Shown: positions 1-16,270 of the stretch, one piece after another
Layout: each line of letters starts with the position of its first letter
How positions within the stretch are numbered: position 1 is the stretch's first letter
Assembly (NCBI RefSeq): GCF_009914755.1
Contig: NC_060939.1
Length of the DNA stretch: 64,000 nt
Origin: the human T2T-CHM13v2.0 reference genome, Homo sapiens
Direction: 5' to 3' (one strand)
Translations under genes and position numbers: made by a program
Notes under the pieces: generated by a model
The model's database searches: none
What the model saw: the letters and a program-made list of their open reading frames with translations, nothing else
What the model was told of the DNA's origin: nothing

Positions 1-267
1 GGGGATAATTTTTGTATATTCTTAAGGGAAGAGAGAACTCTGCAAAAAAAATTTGAGTTACCCATTTTGTTGTTTTTGAAAAAGTAAAACCACTTTAAAT
101 GTCTGACTTAGAAATTTTATAGAAAACAGATTCCCCTTTATAGAGTTTATGTCTGATATTGAATAAAAAAATTAATTAGCAATCCAGGCTGTGCATGAAA
201 AAAGATTATAGCAGGCAGTATGATGTGTGACTGGCCTCTTCACCCTTCCTTTCATTCCTTCTCGGCA

Positions 268-716
268 GTGTAGCAGCTATGTTCTCTGGGTAATCAACCC
301 CAGTCCCAGAGGTGATTGGCTCAGGTGACCCATGCCTAAACCAATCAGCACCAAGGTATTTTCCTGGGCACAGGAATTGGTTCCAGGTCGTCCAATCAGC
401 TTAAAGCTCAGAACTTTTGTTTGATGGGCATGAAATGCCGAGTTCTTTTTTTCCCATAGGGGGTGAAGAAGGATAACATGTAATCCCTGTTGTTCCTGGC
501 ATCTTGTGAATAATAAAGGGAAATCGGGCTGGGAATAGAGCTGACATGTGGAGATGAGAGCTCAGAGAATTGTAGAGAAATTCAGCTGGAGCTCTGATTC
601 ACGCCTGAAGCCTTTGGGCTTCATGGATCTGTGAAAAATTAAATCACTTTTGTCACTTAAGCCAGTTTGAGATTTTTTTTTTTTATTTTTAAGAGAAAGC
701 TTCTCAACTGATATAG
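268..716 (+). mobile_element. Old ERVL-class solo LTR (LTR16/LTR33-like)
   Basis: Repeated ccaatcag/gattgg boxes and 3' end ttaagccagtttgag...aactgata resembling LTR16/33 termini; heavily decayed. Confidence 0.5.
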
Positions 717-1011
717 AAACTTACCTTCAGTTTTACTGGAAGATTATTCTGGATGAAGGAAGGATAAGTGACATACCAACTGTTCTCTGTCATAACAGTC
801 TTTGTTCATTATTTGCATTTTTAGATGACATTGGTGATGGAGGATTAGGAGAGAACCTCCTGACACAGACCTTCAATCCACAAACGCTGGGTCAAGTGAA
901 GAGATTTTTCCAATCAAAGTACATTGATGCTGTAATCATTAGTTTTTTCCTTACTATTAAGTAAAATATTTTCCAGAAATGCACTGACCACATACTTTGA
1001 TTTTTTAATAA

Positions 1012-1360
<349 letters not shown>

Positions 1361-1651
1361 TTTTTTTTTGAGACAGAGTCTTGCTCTGTCACCCAGGCTG
1401 GAGTGCAGTGGTGTGATCTTGGTTTACTGCAACCTCTGCCTCCTGGGTTCAAGCGATTCTCATGCCTCAGCCTCCCACGTAGCTGAGATTACAGGTGTGT
1501 GCCACCACACTCAGCTAATTTTTGTGTTTTTAGTAGAAGTGGGGTTTCACCCTGTTGCCCAGGCTGGTCTTTAACTCCTGGCCTCAAGTGATCTGCCTGC
1601 CTCGGCCTCCCAAAGTGCTGGGATTATAGGCATGAGCCACCGCACCCGGCC
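1361..1651 (-). mobile_element. AluS (Sx/Sz-like)
   Basis: Full Alu dimer directly abutting the previous one; the pair is flanked by a degenerate ggactg(c)tg duplication. Confidence 0.95.
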
Positions 1652-3186
1652 CAGGACTGCTGATTTTTGCTATATCTAGCACAGTGCTCTTCTGTACACT
1701 GTAGGTGCTTCTTAAATGTGGGCTTTACCTATACATTTATAAATGAAGAGATTTAAACACATATTCCTGACTTGTAGCTCCTTAAAAGTACCTTCTTGTA
1801 AATGGCATAATAGAAGACTTCTAAAAATGTAATTGGTAACTGTGCTTGGAAATCTACTTTGTCAAACTGTGGCTTCTACACCTTGTCTCCAACACCAAAT
1901 CAGTTTTGATACTGATGTTTCCCAGAGGTGTGGCTTTTAATCCTCAAATTACAGCACAGGTTTTAACAGGCCAGTTTTGTCTGTCACCAGGAGTTTAGTA
2001 ATTAACAAAATGCTCCATCTCTAATGGTTTATCAAAAGGCCAGTAAGCAAGTAAGAGACATTATACAGGAAACAGACTTGGTATGCTCATTGAGAGAATT
2101 CATTTAAGGAGCACTCCAATTACATGCTATGTTTAATTTGAGCCCAGTTGCTGAAGCTCAAGGTAAGACTTGCAAAGGGAGGTCTGAAGCAAGCCCTGAC
2201 CATGGATCCTACATATGAACAAAATTGAGGGTCCTTCTGAACGTCCATTCTAGGAATCACATAACTTGGAGTCATTTTCACAGCCATGGATGTTTTGCAA
2301 CAGGCTTTGCTACAAACACTTTAATAAAAGTTAGTGGTTTTTCTTGGGAGTCCAGGACAGGCGTATAACAACCACTGAGTAACCTGCAAGTAATGTTCGT
2401 GGTGACAATTCTGCTTTGTTCTGTGGGAGTGTAAGTAGCTGAATCAGGACACAGATCGCTCTCCGTGAGTGTTGGGAAAGGAAGGTCTGCACACTCAAAG
2501 CAGGGAGTGTTCTCTTTATCTGAGGTGGCTGCCAAGTCTTAAATACTAAAACATGTAGGTGTACTTGAGTAAAGAGAAAGCACTGACATTTCAAAGATAA
2601 CTTGATAGAAGGCAAGAAAGAAGAGGAACTGGGTTATTTGGCAGAAATGTAAGTTTCCCCCGGAAAGGTCACCTTTTTTAGGACCTTGGTGTCCTGAGAT
2701 TCTGACAGAGGGTTGGACACATCCTCAGGCTGATGTTTGTGCAGAGCAGGCTTTCTGCCTGAACCTCTCCTCTCACTTTCCTTCATCAGGACACCCCTAA
2801 TGGATTGCAGATGTCGTATTTGGTTAGAAGCACGTTTCAGATACATCTGCCCTTCTTGCTTTTATGCAAAAAACACCTGCAAATCTTTATCTTTGGTTGG
2901 ATTTACCACACATTTGAAGCTTTGAAATTTTGGTCCAGTGGGAAAGAGGAGCATGTCACCACCTTCCTCCTTAAGTTGAATTCCATAACTGACAATAGCC
3001 TTTGGGGGAGATGTTTCCATTTTTCTTTAAGGATAGTAGTTGGTAACGTTTTAAAAGCCTCTGTCCTATTCAGCTGAAAGTTCATTAATTTCTTTAATCC
3101 TAGGGAGTCTGGAAAAATCCATAGTGAATATGGGTAGATAGCTGATATGTGTGTGTGTGTTTCTTCCCGATTTTCTGAGTCTTAAA

Positions 3187-3323
3187 ATGAGACCACAGTA
3201 CCAGAAGAGGAGAGAACAATGAGATGTTGGCAAACTGGCTAGAATAACACTACAGGACCAGATTCCTTGGATGTGCCTTGAAAAGACATGTGGTGTATTT
3301 CCAATAAGTAAATCCCTCTAGGC
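3187..3323 (+). repeat. Source copy of a 137-bp inverted duplication
   Basis: Reverse complement of 4729-4865, 131/137 identical, no indels (aligned by hand). Confidence 0.95.
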
Positions 3324-3527
3324 CTCAAGGAACATTTTCACCACTCCCTTTATTCATTCAACTGTATTCATTCAAAGATATTTCATCCCATCAACCAAAC
3401 AATGACAAATGCCACTTAAATGGTTGTGAGATAATAAAATAATGAGCTGCCTCTGGGAATGCTGAGAAGGTCTTCCACATTGGGTATGGTTTTGTCAGGA
3501 AGTAGGAAGCCTTGGCTAGGTGTACAC

Positions 3528-3602
3528 TAGCTTTGGTGACTGAGCAATACATTTACCCTTTTGGGGGCCTCAGTTTTCTCATCTGTAAAATGAAGGAGAT
3601 GA
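3528..3602 (+). mobile_element. MIR fragment
   Basis: MIR core gcctcagttttctcatctgtaaaatg. Confidence 0.7.
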
Positions 3603-3607
3603 ATTAA

Positions 3608-4450
<843 letters not shown>

Positions 4451-4660
4451 TAATATTGAGTATCTTCTGTGTGCACTGTATTTGCATCTGAGGATACAAT
4501 GGACCCAGTCCTTGTACTCATGAGCAGCCCTTCAGCAGCACTATCACTTCCTGGTTACTTTCCATCATTCACTGCAGTCATTGAGAATTGGCTTAGAACA
4601 CTCAACCCCCTTCAACCTTTATTAATTCCTGAATTTTATTATTTTTTTTTAACAACATTC

Positions 4661-4924
4661 ATTTTTGTTTGTTTAGAGGTGGAGTCTTGCTAAGTTGCCC
4701 AGGCTGGATTTGAACTCCTGCACTCAATGCCTAGAGGGATTTACTTATTGGAAATACACCGCGTGTCTTTTCAAGGCACATCCAAGGAAGCTGGTCCTGT
4801 AGTGTTATTCTAGCCAGTTTGCCAACATCTCATTGTTCTCTCCTCATCTGGGGCTGTGGTCTCATCTTCCTGCCCCTCAGCCTCTTGAGTATCTGGGACT
4901 ACAGGCATGAGCCACTGCACCCAA
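4661..4924 (-). mobile_element. FLAM-type Alu monomer interrupted by a 137-bp insert
   Basis: 4661-4727 (...gaactcctgcactcaa) and about 4864-4924 (atcttcctgcccctcagcc...gagccactgcaccca) join into one monomer. Confidence 0.85.
4729..4865 (-). repeat. Inserted inverted copy of 3187-3323
   Basis: Direct sequence comparison, 6 mismatches. Confidence 0.95.
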
Positions 4925-5371
4925 TTCCTGGATTTTCTATCAAATTACCCTCGCCAATAACCCATGATTCCTGGCACCATTATCCTTCTGCAGCACCCAC
5001 CAACCAAATTCTAAACCTGGATCAATGCTGTAATCAGGCTTTTCAGCCTCAACATGCACACTTGAGTATTGATGGAGAAGCAAAATGATGGCAGAATTGG
5101 TGTTACCACAAATTCCAAGTCTTTACCCCAGGGCTACATTTCCATGAACAACTCCCTTTTCTGTTCCCCTCAGTGATTAAACTGAAATACATACATAACC
5201 CATTTTAAATCTCTCTTCCACCAGGCTCAGAGGATGGTGTTCATCCCCCTCTCCCATCCACCATACCTTTTGGGACCCTTGTAGTAATAGCCTCTCTTTA
5301 TTGTGCATTCAGCATCTCCCTTTCAATTAGTTCCTTAGCCTATAAACATTTTAAATTCTAAAATACCCTTA

Positions 5372-5868
5372 TATAGTGGACAATTAAAAGGATAAACAAC
5401 CACCCCCCTGCAATTCATCCCTTGTGTTCCTTCCTGTGTAGACTCTAGCCGTGATCATGTAATTTGCTTTGGCTAACGGTCATTAGCAGGTATGCTGCCA
5501 GTAGAGGCTTAGTAATTGCTTGCACACTGAGCTTATCTCTCCTGGATTATTCCCTTTGGAGCCCAGCCACCATGTTGTGAGAGGTCCAGGCTGTCCTGAT
5601 GGAGAGAACGGCCATGTGGAATCGGCTCCAGAGCGTGAGAGACCACTTTGAGAGGAAGGTTCTGAGAGCACATGGAGAGAAACCTCGAGTCCCTACTAGC
5701 CCAAACAGTTGGCCTACCAGCTAAAGGTAGTCTGAATAGTGACCAAAGGAGAGACCAGAAGAAAAACTACTTAGTTAATTGATTGGATTCTGAGAAATAA
5801 TAAATCTTTGTTTTAAAAAGTCATATGTTTCAAGGTGGTTTGCTGGGCAGAAGCAGATAACTGAAGCA
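5372..5868 (+). mobile_element. MLT1 (G/H-like) MaLR solo LTR
   Basis: cagccaccatgttgtgag, and 3' end ggtggtttg...cagataactgaa. Confidence 0.7.
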
Positions 5869-5940
5869 ATCCTAAAAATAAGAAACAACATTCCTTTAAC
5901 CTCACTCTCTATCTGTTCTTGGCTAAGCTTCTGGAAATAG

Positions 5941-6297
<357 letters not shown>

Positions 6298-6299
6298 TA

Positions 6300-7085
6300 A
6301 TCTAATAGGCATTCTTCAGCTGTTTGCACTGCCCCTCTCTGCTGTACTAGTCTCTGGGGACTTCTTCCCTGATTTCCATGACTCCTAGCCTCCTGATTCT
6401 CCTCATTTCTCTCTCACTGGACATTTTCCATTACCTTAATGGCCTCCTCTTCCTCCACTTGCTCTTTTCGTGTTCCTCAGGCTCAGGTTCTATCTTCAGC
6501 TACCTTTTTCTTTTCTTTTTTTAAAAAATACTTCATACGCTGTCTTGGTGATCTCATTTGTTGTATGATTTCAACCATAACTGATGATCCACAAATCTAG
6601 GTGCTGGGCATTGGTTTAGATCCTATGAGTACAGTATGAAAAATAGGCACAGTCCTAGGCCTGTAGTCAGTGAACACTTAATAGTTCTCTGTAAGCACTA
6701 AACAATCTCTTGCCTCCATGCTTTTACTCCTATCTCCTCTACTGGCAATAGCCTCACCTGCTGAGGTGGAACAATGCTCCCTGCACTTCCCTTTTAGCTA
6801 ATTCCTGTTCCTCCTTTAAACTTAGTTCAAACACACTGTTCTCTGAGAAGTCTTTGCTAATAGACCCGTTTTATCTTTCCTTCATGGGCTACGTGACTCC
6901 AGTCCATGGCTGTACTCTGAGTAGATTTCATTTGCGTTTAACTATTTTAATTGTTCTTTTATGTGTCCCCCTCTCCAATAGAATCTGAACTCCTTGAGGG
7001 CAAGGACCATATCTTACTAATTTGTTATTTCCCAGGGTTTAACATAGTGCTCAGTGTATCATCTGTGCCCAATAATAGTTGTTCA
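6300..7085 (+). mobile_element. L2 3' region (decayed)
   Basis: L2 3' motif tgaactccttgagggcaaggacc...catagtgctcag near 6985-7085. Confidence 0.6.
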
Positions 7086-7557
7086 AGAAAAGATTGTTCA
7101 AAGACTGAATTGTAGACTTTCTTTCTAATGTCCTGTGGAATTCTATCCTACTTGAGGTTTTCGTATCTGTATTTATAAGTGAAATTGGTCTATAATCAAG
7201 TCAAAGAAGCCTGGAGTCCACTGACATGTTTAATTTGTTGTTTAATTTGTAAAATCATTTGGCATCTCCCATTTTCCCAATGCTATGGCAAAGTTTTTAA
7301 AACATGGAAATCATCTTTCTCTAAGATTTGACAGCGCTCACCTGGATTCCTGATACTGGTAGTGGGGATAGAGTGTTTTTAACTTTTTTTTAATAGTTTT
7401 TTTTTTCTATTTGTTTTCCTCTATTACACTTTTCCAAATTTTCTGTTTCTTATACTTTCATTATTTTATTTTTAGGGAGAAATGATCACCTAATTGCTAT
7501 TTTTAAATTCAAAACTCAAAATTCATAATTATATACCAACTTAAAGAGATATTCTAA

Positions 7558-7858
<301 letters not shown>

Positions 7859-8562
7859 CTACTGTTATATCAATTTTCTAAATTCTAATTTTGCTTCCTT
7901 CTTTTCTCTTAGATGGGCTACTATATTGCTTGTTTTATTTGTTCTTTCAACAAGTCTGCTTCTTTTATCTTTATTATTTCCCTACTCTTATTTTCTTAGG
8001 ATTTCTTTTGTGTTCTATTTCTAGAAGTTTAAATTGAATGCTAAGTTATTTTTAAAAAATCACTTCATAAATTCAATTTTGAGTATATCTTTAACCACAT
8101 TTCCTGTATTTGCTTATGTAATGTTTCCATAATCATTTTTTCTAAAATATCTTTATTATTATTTTTTTGAACCAGATGTGGTATAAGGCTTTTCAATCTT
8201 TTAATGACTTTTTTGTCTTAAGCTTTATGATTTCTCACTTTATTACATATGATCAGAAATTATGACCAATATAATTTCTACTTGTTTGAATTTATTGAGA
8301 GAGTCTTATTTAAAAATATAAGTTCTTGTTCATAAAGTAATAAAGTATAATTTATTAATTGTACTTTAAAATTATTTTGTTCATATTCTCTAATTCTTTT
8401 TTGGTACGTACTCTATTTAATCTGACACAGCCCAATAACAATGAATTAAAATTTTCACTGCAGTCATCTGTGTGTGTATGTGTGTGTGTGTTTTATAGTT
8501 AGGGCTTAGGAATCTTGGAAGGCTCCCTGGAAGTGGGGTGCTGATATGGACATAATCTAAAA

Positions 8563-8762
8563 CAGGGGTGTCTAATCTTTTGGCTTCCCTGGGCCACATT
8601 GGAAGAAGAATTGTCTTGGGCCACACATAAAATACACTTACATTAACGATAGCTGATAAACTAAAAAAAAAAGGCAAAATGTCTCATAATGTTTCAAGAA
8701 AATTTATGAATTTGTGTTGGGCCACATTCAAAGTCGTCCTGGCCACTTGTGGGACAAGCTTG
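8563..8762 (+). mobile_element. MER30 (hAT-Charlie MITE)
   Basis: caggggtgtctaatcttttggcttccctgggccacattggaagaagaattg start; 8-bp TSD atctaaaa/gtctaaaa. Confidence 0.88.
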
Positions 8763-9327
8763 GTCTAAAACAAAAGGGGTTAAAAATACTAAGATAGGAA
8801 AAGTTACATTGATCAACTTTTCATTTGTCCTGTACTTCCCTCTTGTTGCACTTACTATTCTGTGTTATAATTGCTTGTTTATATTTTCCATCAGATTGAA
8901 TCAGACTTGTTTACCACAGTTAGCTCAGTGGTCACTCAGTAGTTATTTGCTCATCAAATAAGTAAATATCATTGGATCCTCTTTTTAAAACTAACCTGAG
9001 ATTCCTTGGTACCTGGCCTAATTGTTTCACTTGCTCTGACTTCAGAGATTTTGGTACTTGTTCTCTCAGTGTTTCTTTTCTATTTTTATGCTGGCATATG
9101 CAATATATTCTGTTTACTTTTAGCTATTTGGAAGCCAATCACCATATTGCTAACCTAGTAATAATTTTCTTAAAACATCTTAGACATTTTTCGTTCTGTG
9201 CTTAATCAAAACTGGTATCTTTTGGCTCACTTTCACGGAAAAAAGAAATATTGTGCCCCTCAGGGCTTCCCTCTACTTTTTCTCCCTTTCCCCATTTTTC
9301 TAAAATTTAAAATATAATCAGATAATA

Positions 9328-9950
9328 GGTATTTTAGTTATATGTTGCTGTGTAACAAATTATCCTAAAACTGAGTGGCTTAAAACAACAAACATTTATT
9401 ATCTCTTGGGATGTGGCTTTGCTGGGTCCTCTGGTCCAGGGTCGCTAGTAAGTCTGCAATCAAGGTGTTGGCTGGGGCTACAGTCTTCTCAAGGCTCAAC
9501 AAGTAGAGGATTTGCTTCCAAGCTCACTCATGTGGCTGTTGGCAGCGTCAGAAGATCCACTTCCAAGCTCACTCACATGGCTGTTGGCAGGAAGGCATCA
9601 GGTTCTGGCTGGCTGTTTGCCAGAGGTATCAGCTTCTTGTTACATGGGTCTATCCATGGGGGAGCTCACAACACGGCAGTGCTTAGAGCAAGCAAGAGAG
9701 AAAGCAGGAAGAGATACAAAAAGAGAGAGCAAGTGAGAGCGCAAGCAAGAGAGTGCAAGAGATGGTAAGCAAGATGGAAACCAGAATATTTTTGTAACCA
9801 AATCTCAGAAGTGACATCCCATCACTTTTGCTGTATTTTATTTGTTAGAAGAGGGTGTAGGTCCAGCCCACCCTGCAGGGGAGATTTCACAAAGGGTGAA
9901 CATCAGGAGGAAGGAATCATTGGGAGCCATCTCAGATGCTGCGTACCACA
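9328..9950 (-). mobile_element. MLT1 (F/G-like) MaLR solo LTR
   Basis: ttgctgtgtaacaaattatcctaaaactgagtggcttaaaacaac...taccaca termini. Confidence 0.85.
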
Positions 9951-11339
9951 GTAGAAAACTTCCTGTCTCTATTCTTTCAAAGTCATTTTCCTTTTATTCC
10001 AATATCTGTATTAATTATTTTAGACACCAATTATACTCTTTCCCTGTTACTTGTAAAAACATTATGAGCATTTTATACTTATTTCTGAAACTTAATATCA
10101 GTGACCATCACTATTTCTTTTCAATCATAACTTCCCAACTAATAGTTTAACATTGACAGTTTCAGAAGAGATATATAAGGCAGCAAGATTGATCTTAAAT
10201 CCTTGTTCACCCTCCCCAAACTCTTACCAACTTACAGGTGTATTTTTATCTCTTGGGTTTAAGAATTCACTAGAATTTATATTAATATTGTTCCCTTTTT
10301 ATTGCTCTTATCTCAGATACAGTAAGTCCTCTTGATTTCTAATATCAGGATTCCCCCTCCAGACCCCTAATTCTGAAAACTTTGATAATTAAGTCTTAAC
10401 CATTTGTTTTCTCTTTATCAGGAATGTTTTATCCACAGGTTGGCTATCAGGTCAGTGTCCTGTTCTTTATATCTATTGTCTTCTTTTATTCCTTTTAAAA
10501 TATTTTATTGACTTATTTTGTGTTTGGCATAACATTCTTGACACTATCATTTATTTGGATGAAAAGATTTTCTGTAGTTTTAATTCTGCTTTTTATGGAG
10601 ACCCAATTCCAGCTATTATGAATATAATTTTGTTGCATTCTCCTTTTATGCTGACCTGTTCATTGATTGATGTGATGAATTCCTATATCTCATTGAAATA
10701 TAAAGCAGGTTTATCTTCAGGTTAACCTACTTTAGGAGGAAAATTTTCCTTTGGGGAAGTCTTACATATTCTTTAATTCTGCAAAATTTTTTCATATATC
10801 CCATGCTCCCTTTTCCTTTGCATATTTTTTTTCTAAAAGTCTTTACTGTATTTGTCTGGAAGACTTGAGGGACTGGATTGTTGGAAAAAAAAAATGAACC
10901 CACATCCCATGATTCATTTGAACATGGAGAGCTCTCCCTGGGACTAGTGCCAAAGGTTCAATCAAAAGCTGCCAGTGACTCCCCTAGGAAGCACTTGGTT
11001 CTGAAAATGAAGGATAGACTAGGAATAGTTGCAGGTTAGCTAACCTAAATCTTTCTGGGAATAAGACTGGAGTATATCAATCAATAGATGCAGGTCACAC
11101 ATCTCTCTGCCGCATGGCTGAGCAAAGAGAATCTAGAGCATACCAAGTTCTTTCTTAATAATGCTGATGAATTATTTCTTTGTTTTGGCTCATGTTTCAA
11201 CTTTTTATCTTATGGTTCTTCAGGTAACTTCAGGTCCAAATGTACAGTCAATAGTTAATCTGTCAATATATTTTTTCTTATTTGGGGCTTTCTGTCTTTC
11301 CTTACATCCTATTCCATTCCTCTGGGCTTACTTTTCTTC

Positions 11340-12430
<1,091 letters not shown>

Positions 12431-14327
12431 ATTTCACTGGAATGAATTCACCTACTGATTATTGATTTAGAACTTCATGCAAGAGTGGGGACCAGACCCA
12501 AGATCACCACGTAAAACTGAGATTAAGGTGGGACATTCTTATCTACTCATTAAGCCTGAAAAAAAATACTAAGCGTGCCACCAGAACCTATGGTTTCTTA
12601 AAAAGTAACATACCTATGGAGATGGGGAAAAGTTCACCTTACATCCGGGACCTGAGAAAAGTCATCTCATTGCCCAGTGTTTGGATCTGTGCAGTTCTGC
12701 AATAATCCTGGCTTCAATTCTCCATCTCTCATGCAGTAATTTTCAACCTACCAACTCTGCTTACCACTTATAAGCTTACATTTCTCATAAGTTTCTAGTC
12801 CATGGAGGTGCTTATTTTCCTTTCAAGCATGGCTATAAATTTTTAGTATTCTATTTTTACATTTTATCTATCACTGTCATGTGTTTAGAGTTGGAGAGGG
12901 GCTCAGAGTAGAAACAACTCAGCTTTGACTAACTCCTGCTTCCAAATGCATAATTTGTATTAAAATTTCAGTATCAATTTCATATCTTCAGTGTCTCTAC
13001 ATTTCAATAAGATGTTCTGATTTCCAATAACAATTTGAGCATTCACTTACAATAAGCATTAGATATAATTCTTTAATTTTGACTTTATTATTATCTGCAT
13101 TGAAAATTAGCATAATCATATTACACATTATCCTCCCAACCACTGCTTAGATATAAACTTAAATGCCTTATGAATCTTTGAACTGTGACTGTATGTCCAG
13201 GGATGTGACCATTATATTAAACAACTACCACTGTAAGTTATTTCAAGCTCGCAGTTCTTCTTGTTTATACAGATTTGGTTGAGTCTCTCAGGCAGAGATG
13301 TTTGTTGATGACTTTGCTCCTGGACGAGTAAAGTACCAGGGCCTAGGGCCAATCAAGTGTGCTAGAAATAAGTTAGCAGAGGCTTCCTCTGCACCAAGAA
13401 AGGCTCTGGACCTCAGTGCACATTTGTTATTCTGTGTCCACTATAACATCTGTGTAACAGCCAGAACAAGGTGGTAGTATAGGAGTGGGGTGGAGAAGAA
13501 TGATGTCTCTGCCGATGAATAGAAGAAAGATTTAAGGTGATGGTCACCCATATCTTCTCTTTTCCCTCCCACAGTCACCAAGGAATAGTTGCAACGTCTC
13601 CTCTTTGCTTCACAGGCCCCAGGCTGTATGCGTGTCTGCCTCTGTGTGTGTGTGTATGTATGAATGTGTGTGTCCTCCTTCATGCTTATGTATTAAATAC
13701 TTGTAGCTGCAAGGCAAAAACTTATCACAGAGTTGTCTTAGACCCCTTCCTCTAATGGGAGGATGCCAGTCCAAGGTTTAACATAAGATGCTGGGGGCAC
13801 AGATCAGAAGGGCATTGGGAAAGAAAGAACTTTGGGGCTCATATTAGAAATTAAGCCCAGACTTCAGTGGTCAATGAAGCTGAGTAACAGAGAACTGCAT
13901 TCTGATTCCGAGAGCCTCTAGAGTCATACAGCTAAGAGGACTGGGCCTACCTAGCCAGGATGCGAACGTCACAGAATGAAAAATGCCTGGGAAAATGTGG
14001 CCAGGAGAAATAGTACTTTTCACTCCTCAATTCACTTTCATTTTCTACTGTGGCAGTTTAAGGTAAGAAGAGTTAGATGTATAAGTTCGTCAATACCTGC
14101 CTTGATACTTGCACTATATACAGGATAGAAAAAGGAATTGGTTTGTGTCCCTAAATTCTGGGTATATGATATAAAATTTGTTCCCTATTTTGCTAATCTT
14201 ATTATATTGGAGTTCTGACAAGTGACTCTCCCTCTCAATATTTATCCCTATTACAAGAAGGTACTCTGATAATTTAATTCTGTTCTGTCCTATCTAGCAG
14301 TTTGTTTTGTTAAAAAAAAAAAGTCTG

Positions 14328-14720
14328 CAAATGTCCATTGACAGATGAATGGATAAACAAAATGTGGTATATACATACCACGAAATATTATTCAGCCTTA
14401 AAAAGGAAGGAAATCCTGTCATATGCTAAAGATGAATGAACCTTGAGGACATTGAACTATGTGAAATAAGTCACCCACAAAAAAACGAATACTATATGAG
14501 TCCCTAGAGTAATCAAATTCATAGTGAGAGAAAGTAGAATGATGGCTGCCAGAGGCTTAGAGGGAGGGGGAAATGAGGAGTTGTGCTTTAATGGGTGTAG
14601 ATGAAGGAGCTCTGGAGATTGGTTGCACAAAAATGTGAATACAGTTAACACTACTGGACTACACTTAGAAATGTTTAAGATGGTAAATTTTAGATTATGA
14701 TTTTTTTTAAACAATTAAAA
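14328..14720 (+). mobile_element. L1MB-type 3' end
   Basis: aaatgtccattgacagatgaatggataaacaaaatgtggtata...aagatggtaaatttta. Confidence 0.88.
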
Positions 14721-14999
14721 CACAAAACAACACAATGGGGTATTATGAGAAAGCAAGTGGGCTTCTGTAGGAATATATCTGGGGTCAGTCAGAGAGGGCT
14801 CCCCTGAGGAAGTGGCATTTCAGCCAAGATCTAAGGAATGAATGAAGTTAGCCACAGAAGGGTATAGAGGGTAGGGGCTGAAGGACACACTAGACAGCAA
14901 GGGGGACCACGAATAAGTTAAGCAGCCACTGCCCAGCCCATATCAAGCCCTATGTGGGTTACCACAGTCAAACAGCTTCCTGCTTTCAGTCTCTAGCTA

Positions 15000-15520
15000 A
15001 TGCCAGATTAATTTTTCTAGAACACCACCTGGATCATGTCACCCTCCCACCTTCCTGGCTAGTTCTTCTAGAACTTCTTTTTTTTTTTTTTAGTTTTGCT
15101 TGCTGAATAACCTCTCTGCCTGGCACTTGAGGCCCTTTCATGTGGCCCTACCCTGGCTCCAGAGTTACTCTTCCATTACTCCCCCGTGTGAACTCTTGCA
15201 CCAGCCATATCCCTCCCTCTCTTGTTCCCTGAACACAGCATATTAATTCCCGCCTCAGCACCTTTGCTTATGTAATTTCTCCTGTCCGGAACACCCCCAT
15301 TCTCCCCAGGCCTTGATCACTTTTGTTCCTTCAGTTAGCCCCTCCACTCCTCAGGGATCATCCCTTCTGGATTCCGCAACACATCATTTCCCATTTGCTA
15401 CCTTGCCCTTTCACTTCACCGCTTCCTCCCCCACCTCCACACACATTACCTGGGAACCGTGTCTTACTCATGTCTGAGTCTCTAGGGCTTAGTGCCACAT
15501 CCGAGGGGCTAGCTTAACAT
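15000..15520 (+). mobile_element. L2 fragment
   Basis: ggatcatgtcacc..., gcctcagcacctttgctta resemble the L2 3' UTR. Confidence 0.55.
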
Positions 15521-15759
15521 GTAACAGTCATCCACTAATCACGATTCCTTATGGTCAGCAGCTTGTCGCTGGCAATGGGAAGCTGGCAGACCCAAGGCTG
15601 ATGTCCAGCAGGGAAGCAGCCTGTTTACCCTCAGCACTGCCCCTGGAGCCCACCTCCAGCACCATTCTATCTACTTCTGACATTCTTGAGCTGAACATCT
15701 CCTGACCAGGCCCTCCAGATGCTTAACAGGATTATCTGCCTAACAGCACAGCCCTCCCA

Positions 15760-16270
15760 GGCGAGTGACTTCATCTAGGGAAATGCAGGAGCAGTAACAA
15801 GCACCAGGACACATTTTCCTAAAGCTCAGAGGACACTTCAGGGTGGGGATGGGGATAGGAGGGAATCAGATGGAGGCCCTACACACATTAAATGCAAAGC
15901 AAGTGATTTAACTCAGGAGAAAAGCCGCTTTCACAGATGGGAGTTTTGCACAGCAACTCACTGCCTAACTATTCCATTGGCAAATGCAGCCGTGGTCGTG
16001 GGCTGGAGAGGAGAAGTGGGGGCGGAGAATGAGGAGGCACGGGGGTTGGGAAATCCACCTGGATGCCATCAGTCTTGCCAGAGTAAACAGAGCTGACAGG
16101 AGTGCTTGCCGGCAGCCTGGTACAGGTTAGGGGGGGGTCACTGAAGCGGCCCGGTGACCCGCCTGCCTTAAGGTAGAGACGCTCTGGAATCTGTCACAAA
16201 GGACAGAGCTGAAAGCTCATTCCTCGCAGAATGAACTCGTTTCCTGGCATTCCACACAATTGGGAGTGCA
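15760..16270. promoter_or_regulatory. Candidate enhancer (unique, GC/CpG-enriched)
   Basis: Non-repeat sequence with more than 10 retained CpGs, GC box ggggcgg near 16018, forkhead gtaaaca 16083, TEAD-like cattcc at 16219 and 16248. Confidence 0.45.

Noticed and set aside
3187-3290. Possible H/ACA snoRNA in the duplicated segment (agaata H-like box, aca+3)
   Set aside because: I could not see the two required hairpins, and both motifs are short enough to be chance.
9515-9589. About 30-bp direct repeat cttccaagctcactca..tggctgttggcag
   Set aside because: Lies inside an MLT1 LTR and is probably part of that family's own internal structure.
13298-13477. 59-codon ORF (MFVDDFAPG...) downstream of an acceptor-like site
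   Set aside because: No recognisable homology; length is within chance expectation.
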